Below, one piece after another: positions 39,466-52,099 of a stretch of DNA of 64,000 nucleotides (within the stretch, counting starts at the first letter, position 1; the number at the start of each line of letters is the position of its first letter). Origin of the DNA: the human T2T-CHM13v2.0 reference genome, Homo sapiens. A program made the position numbers and the translations under genes. The notes under the pieces were generated by a model that had not been told where the DNA came from, did no database searches, and was given only the letters and a program-made list of their open reading frames with translations. Location of the stretch: the NCBI RefSeq assembly GCF_009914755.1, contig NC_060936.1. One strand, written 5' to 3'.

Positions 39466-42050
39466 TCTTTTTCTTTTTTATTTTCTTTCCAATTTTATTT
39501 ATCTATTTATTTATTTTTGAAACAGGGTGATAGGGTTTGGCTGTGTCCCCACCCAAATCTCACCTTGAATTTTAACTCTCTCAATTTCCATGTGTTGTGG
39601 GAGGAACCCGGTGGGAGGTGATTGAATTATGGGGGTGGGTCTTTCCTGTGCTGTTCTCATGATAGTGAATGAGTCTCACGAGATCTGATGGTTTTAAAAA
39701 TGGGAGTTTCCCTGCCCAAGCTCTCTCTCTTTGCCTGCCACCATCTATTTAAGATGTCATTTGCTCTTCCTTGCCTCCGCCATGACTGTAAGGCCTCCTC
39801 AGCCATGTGGAGCTGTTAAGTCCTTTAAACATCTTTTTCTTCCCAGTCTTGGGTATGTCTTTATCAGCAGTGTGAAAACGGACTAATACAGTAAATTGGT
39901 ACCAGGAGTGGGGTATTGCTGAAAAGATAATTGAAAATGTGGAGGCAACTTTGGAACTGGATAACTGGCAGAGGTTGGAACAGTTTGGAGGGCTCAGAAG
40001 AAGACAGGAAAATGTGGGACAATTTGGAACTTCCTAGAGACTTATTGAATGACTTTGACCAAAATGCTGATAATGATATGGACAATAAAATCCAGGCTGA
40101 GGTGGTCTCAGATGGAGATGAGGATCTCTTTGGGAACTGGAGCAAAGGTGAGAGCAAAGGTGACCCTTGTTATGTTTTAGCAAAGAGACTGGTGGCATTT
40201 TGCCCTTGCCCTAAAGATTTGTGGAACTTTGAACTTGAGAGAGATGATTTAGGATATCTGGCAGAAGAAATTTCAAAGCAGCAAAACATTCAAGAGGTGA
40301 CTTGGGTGTTGTTAAAGGCACTTAGTTTTAAAAGGGAAACAGAGCACAAAAGTTTTGAAAATGTGCAGCCTGACAATGCTATAGAAAAGAAAAACCCATT
40401 TTCTGAGGAGAAATTCAAGCCGGCTGCAGGAATTTGCATAAGTAACAAGAAGCTGAATGTTAATCCCCAAGACAATAGTGAAAATGTCTCCAGGGCATGT
40501 CAGAGACCTTTGTGGCAGCCCCTCTCATCGCAGGCCCAGAGGTAGAGGAGGAAAAAGTGTTTTCATGGGCCGGGCCCAGGGTCCTTCTGCTATGTGCAGT
40601 CTAGGGACTTGGTGCCCTACGTCCCAGCTACACCAGCTGTGATTAAAAGGGGCCAAAGTTCAGCTCAGGTTGTTGCTTCAGAGGGTGGAAGCCTGAAGCC
40701 TTGGCAGCTTCCACATGCTGTTGAGCCTGTGGGTGCACAGAAGTCAACAATTGAGGTTTGGGACCTTCTGCCTAGATTTCACAGGATGTATGGAAATGCC
40801 TGGATGCCCAGGCAGAAGTTTTCTGCAGGGGTGGGGTCCTCATGGAGAACCTGTGCTACGGCAGTGCAGAAAAAAATGTGGGGTCAATCTCTACTGGGGA
40901 ACCACCATTGCTTGCCTCCAGACCCCAGAATGGTAGATCCACTGACACCTTGCACTGTACACCTGGAAAAGCCACAGGCACTCAACACTGGCCCATGAAA
41001 GCAGCCAGGAAGGAGGCTGTACCTGTAAAGCCATAGGGGTGGAATTGCCCATGACCATGGGAACCCACCTCTTGTATCAGCATGAATGGATGTGAGACAT
41101 GAAGTCAAAGGAGATCATTTTGGAGCTTTAAGATTTGACTGCCCTGCTGGATTTCAGACTTGCATGGGGCCTGTAGTCCTTTTGTTTTGGCCAATTTCTC
41201 CTGTTTGGAATGGCTGTATTAACCCAATGCCTGTGCCCCCATGGTATTTAGGAAGTATGCAACTTGCTGTTGATTTTACAGGCTCATAGGCAGAAGAAAC
41301 TTGCCTTGTCTCAGGTAAGACTTTGGACTGTGGACTTTTGAGTTAATGCTGAAATGAGTTAAGATTTTGGGGGACTGTTGGGAAGGCATGATTGGTTTTA
41401 AAATGTGAGAACAAGACATTTGGGATGGGTCTGGGATGGAAAAATATGGTTTGATTCTGTCCCCATCCAAATCTCATCTTTAATTGTAACTCCCACACTT
41501 CCTACATGTTGTGGAAGGAACCCAGTGGGGTGTGGTTGAATTATGGTGGTGGGTCTTTCCTTTATTATTCTCATGATAGTGAATGAGTCTCATGAGATCT
41601 GACGGTTTTAAAAAGAAGAGCACAAGCTCTCTCTTTGCCTACTGCCATCCACTTAAGACATGACTTGCTCCTCTTTGCCTTCCACCGTGATTGTGAGGCC
41701 TCCTCAGTCACAGGGAACTGTAAGTCTACTAAACCTCTTTTTCTTCCCAGTCTTGGGTATATCTTTATCAGCAGCATGAAAACGAACTAATACACAGGGT
41801 ATCACTCTGTCACCCAGGTTGGAATTCACTGGTGCATCCCAGGCTCAAGTGATCCTCCGACCTCAGTCTCCCAAGTAGCTTTGACCACAGGTGTGTACCA
41901 CCATGCCCAGCTAATTTTTTTGTATTTTTGATAGAGACGGGGTTTCTCTGTGTTGCCTAAGCTGGTCTTGAACTCCTGAGCTCAGGAGTTCCACTTGCCT
42001 TGGCCTTGCAAAGTGCTGAGAACACAGGCATGAGCCACCATGCCCAGCTA
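39466..42050 (-). mobile_element. AluJ split by a THE1A insertion (tail 39466-39527, body 41795-42050)
   Basis: T-rich tail plus tgaaacaggg before the THE1A and gggtatcactctgtcacccagg... after it. Outer TSD AGTATCTTTTT at 39455-39465 and 42051-42061. Confidence 0.88.
39528..41794 (+). mobile_element. Complete THE1A MaLR element (5' LTR 39528-39890, internal 39891-41441, 3' LTR about 41442-41794)
   Basis: Two LTRs ending ...tttttcttcccagtcttgggta...ctaataca, internal start gtaaattggtaccagg, MaLR ORF remnant (WRQLWNWITGRGWNSLEGSEEDRKMW), and exact 5-bp TSD CAGGG at 39523-39527 and 41795-41799. Confidence 0.93.
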
Positions 42051-42860
42051 AGTATCTTTTTGAATAAAATTTCTTCATGCAATTGAGATTTTCAGTTTAC
42101 ATATCAGTCTCCTATTTCAGGTGCTAATCCTATCTGCCAAGTATGAGACTATATACAATAAAAATTTAAAGTTCTCTTGGTAAAATAAGAAAAACCCCAA
42201 TTAATAAAAATGGTAAAGAGGTATTAAAAATCCTCAAAAAGGCTTTGGCTAGCTACCATAGAAATATTAAAAAACAATAAAATTAAAAAATTTCCTTGGT
42301 CACTCATGTATCTGTTACATATTTTTAATAATCTTACTTTGTGTGGTACACAAGCAAATTTACATTTATACATCTTTAGATACTATCCCTATTAATAAAT
42401 AGTTACGTCTCACTAACTGCCTATATAGTTAAAAGAAAAATAATTAGTTGCTTACTGTGTTAAATTTTAATAGGTAAATCATTTATTTTTGAAATATATT
42501 TTCCACCTTACACACATAATATTGGTCTCCATGTATGAGGAACACAGCTTAATAAAATGGTCTTGGGGATTATAACGAAGCATAAAATTTGTTTTGGTAG
42601 CAGTATGAACAAATAAAGAGGATTTTTTACAAAAGGCATTTAATACAGTGTGCAGGAATGGGTGAAGGCTTCACAGAGGAGGTAGCATGTGAGATAAGTC
42701 TTTAAGAAAAATTTTCCAGTGGGCACTTTGAGTGAAGAGGCAAAGACAATCACACAGAAGAGCATGCAAACAACTTTTTTAGGAAAGAAAGTAGAGTGTG
42801 TCCCATATCAGGAAGGTCTTTTTTATGCCAAGCTGGGAAGATAATTTCTGTCATTTAAGG

Positions 42861-43234
42861 CAGTGATCCCAACTGGTGGTACCTGTCCATGGCCTGTTAG
42901 GAACTAGGCTGCAGAACAGAAGGTGAGCAGTGGGCAAGTGAGCAAAGCTTCATCTGTATTTACAGCTGCTCCCCATTACTCACATTACCGCCTGAGCTCT
43001 GCCTCCTGTCAGATCAGTGGTGGCATTAGATGCTCATAGGAGTGTGAACCCTATCGTGAACTGTGCTTGTGAGGGATCTATGTTGCACCTGCCTTACAGA
43101 AATCTCATGCCTGATGATCTAAGATGGAACATCTTAGATCCCTTCCCTGAAACCATCCCTTCCCGTCCCCCTCTCAAGTTCATGGAAAAATTGTCTTCCA
43201 GAAAACCAGTGTCTGGTGCCAGAATGGTTGGAGA
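42861..43234 (+). mobile_element. MER1B-type hAT-Charlie element, nested in L2-like sequence
   Basis: ggcctgttaggaac...gagctctgcctcctgtcagatcagtggtggcattagat...ggaaaaattgtcttcca...ggtgccagaatggttgg. Confidence 0.85.
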
Positions 43235-43624
43235 AGAGAAGTATTTTAAGCACGGAAGCAGGAGGTTACTATGTTTCCAAACCTATAGTAAAGTTTCTTT
43301 CTCTTGTTTTCAGTAGGTATGAAGAGTTAGCCACTTCTATACATAGTTCTGACAGATAATGTTATTAATGCTAGGATTCAATGGCTAAACAAATAAATAA
43401 ATATATCTTAAACAGAAATAATTCTTCTATGGGCCCAGGAGATAAAATGCCTTCTATCAGAAATTATTCCTTTGGTTTGAAGAAATGGGTTGCGAACTTC
43501 GTTTTGTTTTGTATGTGATAGTAACACACTGTTGTTATTTATGAAAGTTTCCACAGAGAACTCATAAATAAAAAATGTAAATGTAGAATAGAGAAACTTG
43601 GTGAGCCTCAAAAGAATGTTTCGT

Positions 43625-43954
<330 letters not shown>

Positions 43955-46942
43955 CTACTGACAAACTCCCATGAAAGTTTAGGACTGTGCAGATATGGTT
44001 TGAAAACAGCTGAGTGAAGGTATTTAATTTCGAGGAAATGAGGGGAGCCATGGTGGTGGCCAGGATATCTGGGAGGAGGAACACATTAAGTCATGATTAA
44101 CCACTCAGTAGGGTTAGTAGAGCAAATAGATGGTGTTATTTACAAAGATAAAGCTATGAAAGAACAAATGTAGAATCATGTTGAGACATCATTTTTATGG
44201 ACATAAAGGTAACAAAATTCACTGTGTTTATATATATATATATATACTTTAAACAAACATATATATATATGTTTGTTTTAAAGTAGGTTTTCCATTTGTA
44301 TATATTTGAGTCCTACAAATTGACACTTCTAATGCATAAGAATACTGCAAATATTATTTTCCTCTAGTAGCTCTTAATTTTAACTTTTGTCAATTAAAGG
44401 GCATTTTAGAAACTACATTCTAGAACTTGACTTTTGATGAGAAGTCATTCATTAGACATACAGTGCAAATTGAGTGCTGGCATCATCCAGGGTCCAGGCA
44501 CCTCTGAGTAGAAAACTGCAGGCACAAGTATATTCACAGTAATATAAAACTGATGATTCACACATAAGGGAATTAGCTTAAATTGAGTGTTACATATTCT
44601 ATTAAAAAAGGCATATGTGTTTGCACAGAAGTATGAATGTGTTTGTCTAAATTAAAGATGCAATGAAGAGCAAGGTCTTGTACTAAGTATATCCTTCAAC
44701 TTCTTATTTGTTGCCTTTTCACCTTTGAACTGCTTAGGTCAAATACATTCTAAATCTTACTCTTAAAATGTGATAGCATACCATGTCAGAAAAAAATGAC
44801 AGGATAGTTTGGATGTTTAACGAGAATATGGAGCTAAAACACAGTATTATTCATGCTAAGCTCTCTTAAATATATTTGCATATGTTAACTCCTGTGCTAG
44901 AATTATTTTAAGGAAGTAAGCATTAAAATCCCAACTCCTTGATGCAGAATCATTTTAGAAGTACATTTGCACCATTTCATAATGACAACCATTTTTGAAA
45001 ATTTAATCATTTTCTCAAGATACAGTTTTTGACAAATGGTCTGTTACTTTACAGCATCTCATTTGTTTTTATAGCATTTCAACCAAAGAAAATATGCTGC
45101 CTCAATATGGGTTAATGTATATAGGTAAGAAAATCATTTAATTCTTTATAATCAATATATAATTCTAATAATCATTCAGTATAATTGTAATAATCATTTA
45201 ATTCTTTCTTTTGGAAAAAAAAAAGCCAAGAGTTGACTATTATATACCTTAATCTTTGTGCTTTAAAAATCTTCTTTCTCTCTTTCTTCCACCAAAGGCA
45301 AAAACAAATGACAATAGCAACAAAAAGATAAACATCAAAACTTAAACACATATTGTCTGTTATAGACCTCAGGATCAAATATTTTAGGAAATTAAAAATG
45401 TAGAAGAACAGAGTTTATGTTTGGTAAAATTTATATCTTATCTTAATTCCTACGGTTTTTACAAGAATATGTTATTATCGACAAAAAGGGGGTAGTTAAA
45501 AATCGTTGCAGTGTGTTTTCAAAGAAAGTCACCTGCCAAGAAAGGTGTCAGTAAGATCTTTACTGAAAGAATTGTAAAAAGCCTCTGTCATGACCGAGCA
45601 TATGGAATGAACTGACCCTTAAACTTTAAGAGACTGAAGTAGAATACCTAATGTCAAATGCTACCCAAAGAGCCAGCTGCAGGATATTGTAAGAGGTGTT
45701 CATATCTCAGTGTACAGAGGAGAAAAAAAAGTAATAATTCTGTACAGCAGCCCCAGGGCACTTGCATTTTGAATCACTGCCACAATAAGCAGATCACCAG
45801 TAGGAAGAGAATATATTTTGTAAAACCACAGACTTGCACTATCAGTAGACATCAGTGTAAAACAGAAGAGGCAACAGAATTAAAAATAGAAGTATAGAAA
45901 GGGGAGAGAGAAAGAGTAATTATATCTACTGCCTACAGTTTGCAAAGGCAAGAGACTTATAATTCAGATGTGCATTTATTTAGAGATCCCTTCAAAAAAT
46001 TCTGACCACCTTTATTATATTAATTCTCTAGGCCGTTATACTTATTTTTTCCAAGTATGGTATAATTATACAGCCAGAATAATTAAATGTCAGGCTGTCT
46101 ATATTTCCATAATGTATAATATACAGGGAAAAGAATATCAAGTTCCTTTTTCATGTAACGATGATATGACTGAATTACAAAGTAAACCTTAGGAATGAAA
46201 GGCACAATTTGAAGATAAAAAGAAGATAGAATCTGATCTAGTTTAGACTTAGCCATTTTCTAGACTGATGGCTGATTTATTCACAGGCAATTGAAATACA
46301 TTTAGTAGGTAACAGCTTTCTAACTCATATTTATATTATAAATCATTTTGACTTTTCGATAACACAGAAAATCTTCCATCTTAATGAGTTTCTACTCTAT
46401 TTCAAATTGGAAAGCATACTAAACTTGGTTCTTAAACCTCCTGTATTGTTTATTGTCTTTATGTTATACACATAAGAAAATTAAATAATGGGAATTATGT
46501 TAAACTGTGTATATGAAATGCAAAATATTTTTCTAAGCCAAGAGGACTTAGTTTGCAAAGTTCATAAAATGTGTTTTAATCTTACTCTTTCTGCGACGCA
46601 CAAGGAAAGTAACTCTACAATGTTTACCATATTATAACCATAAATAACAATATCAGGAGACACAACACATCTCATAAACCTTCAAGGATGACACTGTAGC
46701 AGATTTAAAAATTCCTGTGGAAAATTGTGTTCACTATTTTTTTTTTAATTCACAGAGACTCCTAATGCCATCCTATACCCACAGTTTAAAGTAGATTAAA
46801 CTGACATGCACATTATTCATTCCATACATTTTCTTCAATACTTCCAACCTTTTTAAGTCTTTCTTCCTTTATATAGCACTTTGTTAAAAGTTTGACAATA
46901 CATTAACTTACTAAGTAGTGAAGCCATTTAAAGCACACTTAC

Positions 46943-47023
46943 TTGAAAAGTGTAAAACCGGGTCCCATTAGGAGGATGCACTTTAGGGGAGCCAGAAACG
47001 GTGTTCATATCCGAGAAAATCAT
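46943..47023 (-). CDS. PPFIA2: Alternative first coding exon (27 aa, MIFSDMNTVSGSPKVHPPNGTRFYTFQ), likely a liprin-alpha2 short-N-terminus isoform; partial CDS whose downstream exons lie outside the window
   Basis: Hand translation of the minus strand: ATG at 47023-47021 in GAAATGA context, in-frame TGA 9 nt upstream, 27 open codons ending CAA|GTAAGT (consensus phase-0 donor at 46942). It lies in a repeat-free block of about 3.5 kb. The gene name is recalled from a PPFIA2 isoform N-terminus that splices to EFAALTKELN..., not from a search. Confidence 0.75.
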
Positions 47024-47360
47024 TTCTGATCACTGAGACAATATAATCCACAAGGAGCTACAGATGCAGAGCAGAGAGCTTAGCGTACAGATAAATCCGT
47101 GCATGCATTGAGGGAGACTAGAGGGTAAAATGAAATCTGCCCCATCCTTCTTACATACACAGTGATAGCATTTTGAATTGTTCTTCTACATTTGAAATCT
47201 TAGCTGAAAGATCATCAGCCACCGACCTTTTGTGAAGCTAGTTCTCTAGAACATACAATGTTTTTTAAAAAATTAAAAACACAGAAGGAAAAAAGCAAGA
47301 ACCAACGATAAATGGAGCTTGTGCAGAATCTGGCAGTGCTGTGGACCTGCCCATCTGTTC
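47024..47360 (-). other. Probable 5' UTR of the alternative first exon, with several uATGs (5' boundary approximate)
   Basis: Unique non-repeat sequence upstream of the ATG. uORFs at 47104-47030 (24 aa) and 47108-47058 (16 aa). The TSS cannot be fixed from sequence alone. Confidence 0.45.
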
Positions 47361-47440
47361 TCAGTGATAATCACCTCCCTCCACCACAGTCTAGCAGAGT
47401 GATTATGCTAAATATCCTGGTTAACCAATAACATACAGTT
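47360..47440 (-). promoter_or_regulatory. Candidate non-CpG-island internal promoter
   Basis: Lies upstream of the alternative exon. Octamer/POU-like TTATGCTAAAT at 47403-47413, CCAAT at 47425-47429, and an 8-bp inverted repeat ATAATCAC/GTGATTAT (47367-47374 and 47399-47406). Function is inferred. Confidence 0.35.
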
Positions 47441-48472
47441 TCATTTCAGGGAAGCATGCACAGTGTATTCAGAGGACCTCTTCTGACTAACCTGAAGCAT
47501 GTTTCATATACTGTTTAAAGCTCTACTTAGTAACAAATTGCTGTTTTATCACTCTTATTTCTGTATCTTTCTAAATCTTTTAGTCACTCCCAGACTTTTC
47601 AACAAGATGTGATTTTTTTTTTACAAAGCCTTTTTTTTTTTAAAGGGAGTTCTTTTATAATTTATAGATCAAAGTATATTACAGCTGTTACAGCTGGCCC
47701 GGATATTGAGAGGCAATTGCATACAATTCAGTAAGACTGTATATACTAGGAGTACTGTCAAATAAAATGTACCAAATATTTTCCACTTTTCTGAACTGCT
47801 ATAGAATGTCATGAATACGAATGAAATTATTATTATCTCATTTCCCCATCTTAGCTAAAAAATCATTATGTTTGACAATCAGTGCTTCAAAAAGTACCAC
47901 ATATTTGTTTTAAATAATCACAACCTTATTTCATATACATATATACACACAAGAATTAATAAAAATATTTAATACACATGAAGATTTTCAACTCAAAAAT
48001 CCAAAAATATTGAATGCAAACATGTAGGTTTTGTTGCAAAATATGTTCTTTTTGTATATCTTTAACAAATTCTTCAATTTGTACAAAAGATCATATTCAG
48101 ATGACTTGACAACTTTTAGAGGTAAAAATAAATGTTCCATTTACACATCGTTCAAATGTGGAGACTTCAGTAGGATAGGAAACAGAATAAGCCAAAAGTG
48201 GTGTCTTTGTGAATGTATCTAAGATGACATAGTCATACATAATAAAAACCACCTACTTTAAACCTGAAGGCTGTAAAGGATGATGATTTACACATACAAC
48301 CTAAATTATTATTCATTAGTATTTCTGATTCTCCAATTATGCATGAAGTTTATAACATCAATGGAAAGGATGCAGAAAAGTGATCCTCAATTCTTTAGAT
48401 GGGACTCCTACATTCTGATAAATTAAGTGTGTAGGTAATTATTTAACTAGCAAACTGCTAAATAAACCAGAA

Positions 48473-49400
48473 AATTATTTTAATAAAATCTTAATTTGGG
48501 AATAATTTCTGATTTATAGAAAATCTGCAAAGAAAGTACAGAGAATTCCTGTATGTCCTTCATTCAGTTTTTCTAACTGTTATCTTACATTAACTATGGG
48601 ACACTTGTCAAAACTAAGAAACTGATGTTAGTGTATTATTATTAACTAAACTCAATACTTTACTTGGATTTTACTAGTATTGACATTAATGTGCTCTTTG
48701 TATTTTAGGTTCAAATTCAGGATACCATATTTACTTAGTTGTCATGTCTCTCCAGTTTCTTTTGGTGTGTGACAGCTTTTCTTTGTTTCTCATGACCTTG
48801 ATGGTCTGGAGAGGAACTGGCCAAATGTACCATAGAATATCCCCTAATCCCATGAAATCATACATGTTTGCCTGTTTTCATCCTGATTACACTGGGCTAT
48901 GAATGGATAAGCATACCACAAAGGTGAAGTGTCCTCAATCACATCATATTAGTGGTACATGACATCCAGATAACATTATTAATGATGTCAACCTTTGTCA
49001 TTTGACAAACAAAGTTTTTGCCTGGTTTCTCTACTATAAAGTTACTATTTTCCCTTTCCCATACTCTATTATTTGGAAAGTAGTACACCCTCAACAGGGT
49101 TGGTAAGAAATGGCGGAAATTAAGCTTGGCCCCTTGGAAGACAGAGTACCTACATATATTAAATAGATTTCTTCTGTAATGGCTGGCCTCTTTTCCTTCA
49201 ATTATTTACTTTTTCAGTTATTTACTTACAACAGTATAGACTCATGTATACTTACTTTACACTCTGGTTTGAAATTTAATATTACATAATTTAATATGTT
49301 TTTCATATTGTCCCAGCTTTAATCATTGGTAGCTCCTTTATTTCAGGTTGTCTCCTGTGTCCCTTGACATGCTCCCATCCTTTTGTTTTTAGAGCACTCA
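48473..49400 (-). mobile_element. Old L1M (L1MB7/8 or L1ME1-like) 3' end
   Basis: agtacagagaattcc...gtcaaaactaagaaa...caggataccat...ttagttgtcatgtctc...catgaccttga. Confidence 0.75.
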
Positions 49401-52099
49401 ATGATTATTTTTTTAAAATGGTTTTCTCTTGCATAAATCGCTTATGATTTGCTGAAACTATTTATTTCCTTAACTATAACTCTAATTATTATTGTGAGTA
49501 AACTTGAAAATTTATGTTTTATTTTCCAGTAATTTTTAAGCAGCTATATTATTCAATTTTTTCAAATTAATATTTTTCCCTTCTGATATCTTAGTCCACA
49601 TGGGATTTATTCAAATGATAATCAAATTTTTTAAATGACTAAATAGATTTACTAGCTGTGGAAATAAGTTATATATGTGAAATATTCTAGATACGTGTTA
49701 GGATCTTACTTCCTCTTATGGTTAGCGAGGCCATGTAACTCATGTTCCCCACAGAGTTGTGAGTAGAAATAATCCCTCAAACAGAAACCTCAAGGTTTAA
49801 GAGCGAAGTTTTAAGAAAAAAGAATGTTTGTCAAATAGATTTTTACCATGCAAATATAAACTCCATGTACTTTTATGTTTGCCTGTAAACTGGGTCTAAC
49901 ACAATTGAGATCAGAAAATTCACCAGATCCCTTGTTATTGTAGAGGAACTCATAAATCAAATGTTTTTGGTAAAATATCACATATTCTTAATATAATCTC
50001 ATGTATTTGCTGCATTTGCATCAGCCAGAAAACTATTTTATTTTAGCTGGGAATTATGAATCTTTCCAGCCAATAAGAATACACTTTCTTTTTCATATTT
50101 CTTTGGTGGGGGAGGAGATGAAAATAGTATAGATTAATGTTAAAAGAGGCAGGAGGGAGAAATAGTACTACTAATATATAATTATTTTAAGTACAATGCT
50201 TTATTCTAAATGTTACTGAAATTGCCAAAGTATACAATTTTTCCAGAACATTTTTTCCTATGATTATTTTGATAATAATGTTATCTCGTAATTCTGAATG
50301 TCTATTTGGAAACAACTCAATTTTCTCTTCTGCCTGGTAGCAATAGGAAAGGTGTTGTCCAGGTCTAAAAATTGCCAAGATTTAGAATTATTCATTGTCC
50401 ATTGTGGTTGAGGCCAAAGCTTATATATCAAGGTACGGTCCCATCATTCTCATTCTGAAAAGCCATGAGAGTTGGAGTTGCTGGAGGATGGAAAAGTTTC
50501 TGTCTCACTAAAAAACACATCCCTTTAACTCATGTTAACTGCCTAAAGGAAATAATAAGTATTAAATTTAGTCAGGGACATTTGACACTTTTTTTTTTCT
50601 GTAGGGAAGCCCCATTCAGTCAGGCCCAAGAAGTCCTAATGGGCAGGAACTGAACAGTCTTGGAGCAGGCTCAGAGTTGTGCTAAGTTCCATGCCCAACA
50701 TTTCATCTAGTACTGTACTTTCCAAACCTGGTTTGTTTGTACCCTTAGGTACATACAGTTTGAAAAACTATGAAGCCTCTCTTTGTCAAAATTTAAATAT
50801 TTTAAGAGATTTAAATTACAGTACCTCATAGGTATTGACAGATGATACTCATTTAAATGAATCAAATGGAATAAAGATGATCTAGCAATTTAATGCCCAT
50901 CTTCTATTAAAAACCTCAAGAGCTCTTAAAAATTGAAATTTTATACCATCCCTTTTATTCCTTCAACTTTTTTCCTTTTCTCCTGCACATAATTTTATTT
51001 TACTATATTGTACTATCTTTCTATATTGTGTGCCTTAAAGTATTTTATCAGTAATATTATATTTTGTTGCTGCAAAAATATATAATATACACTTAAAATA
51101 TTTTTCTTTTTAAATTTTAAATGACTATATGGTTGTAAGTGTTAAAACTTGTCTCTTGAAATGAGCAGCATTCACAAATATTATTACCACACAATGTACC
51201 AGAACAGAATAAATATATTAAAATGCTGATAAACAGAGAAAATACAATATTATGTCTGGATAACACAAAAAATGTATGTTTGTATAATACAACTGCAGTT
51301 TTATCTTTTTTAAACTAGCTTATGTTTCAATTCAAACATCCTATTAGAATTAGACAGAGTCCTAATTTTCAGTTTTGTAGATTTATTGTTGAGAAACTCT
51401 GTTCCCAGAAGTAAGTAGATGGAAAAGAAAAAAGGTTGTGTTGTTGTTATGGTTTTTATCAGCAATATTACTCAAATTTTCTGATTTCTTCTGCATATAT
51501 ACTAGAATAAAGATATATTTTATAATAATCATTAAATACCTTGATTAAATCAACCTCCGATTTTGTTGAAAGCTAACAACCAGAAAACATCTGGCTTTCA
51601 AAAAGGATTTCTTATGTAGCTATTAAAGTCATTCACTTTCCTAACACCTAAATCTATAATTTGAGTGGTTTCTTATTTTGGTCCTTGAAGTTTTGAGACC
51701 CTGGAGTAATGCGACACAGTTAAGATTCATGAGAAACATACACTCTGAAAGAGAAGATTGATTTAAATGCAGACAGAACTCCTTAATTGCGGCACTGTTC
51801 TCAGAATAATAAATTTTAGAAAAGGGTACATATAGAAGAAGAAAATGAATCCCTTGCAAATATCCATGTCCTTGTATTTCTTGGACAGTCTTCATACCTT
51901 AATTTTAAATAACTATCAAACATCTATCCCTGCAATCAAATACGTTTCAGGTGGTTGATAAATGTTGACTCAATGAATGTGCTGCTTACACAATATGGCT
52001 AAGTAATTGCTTTAAACATCATTTCTAATCAATATAATCAAAAATTAAAAATCAGCCTGGTCATAGTCTTATTAGAAATTCAAAACTTCAGCATATGCT

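Noticed and set aside
39793-39805. PRDM9-A hotspot motif position in the THE1A LTRs
   Set aside because: It reads CCTCCTCAGCCAT in the 5' LTR and CCTCCTCAGTCAC in the 3' LTR. Neither fits CCNCCNTNNCCNC.
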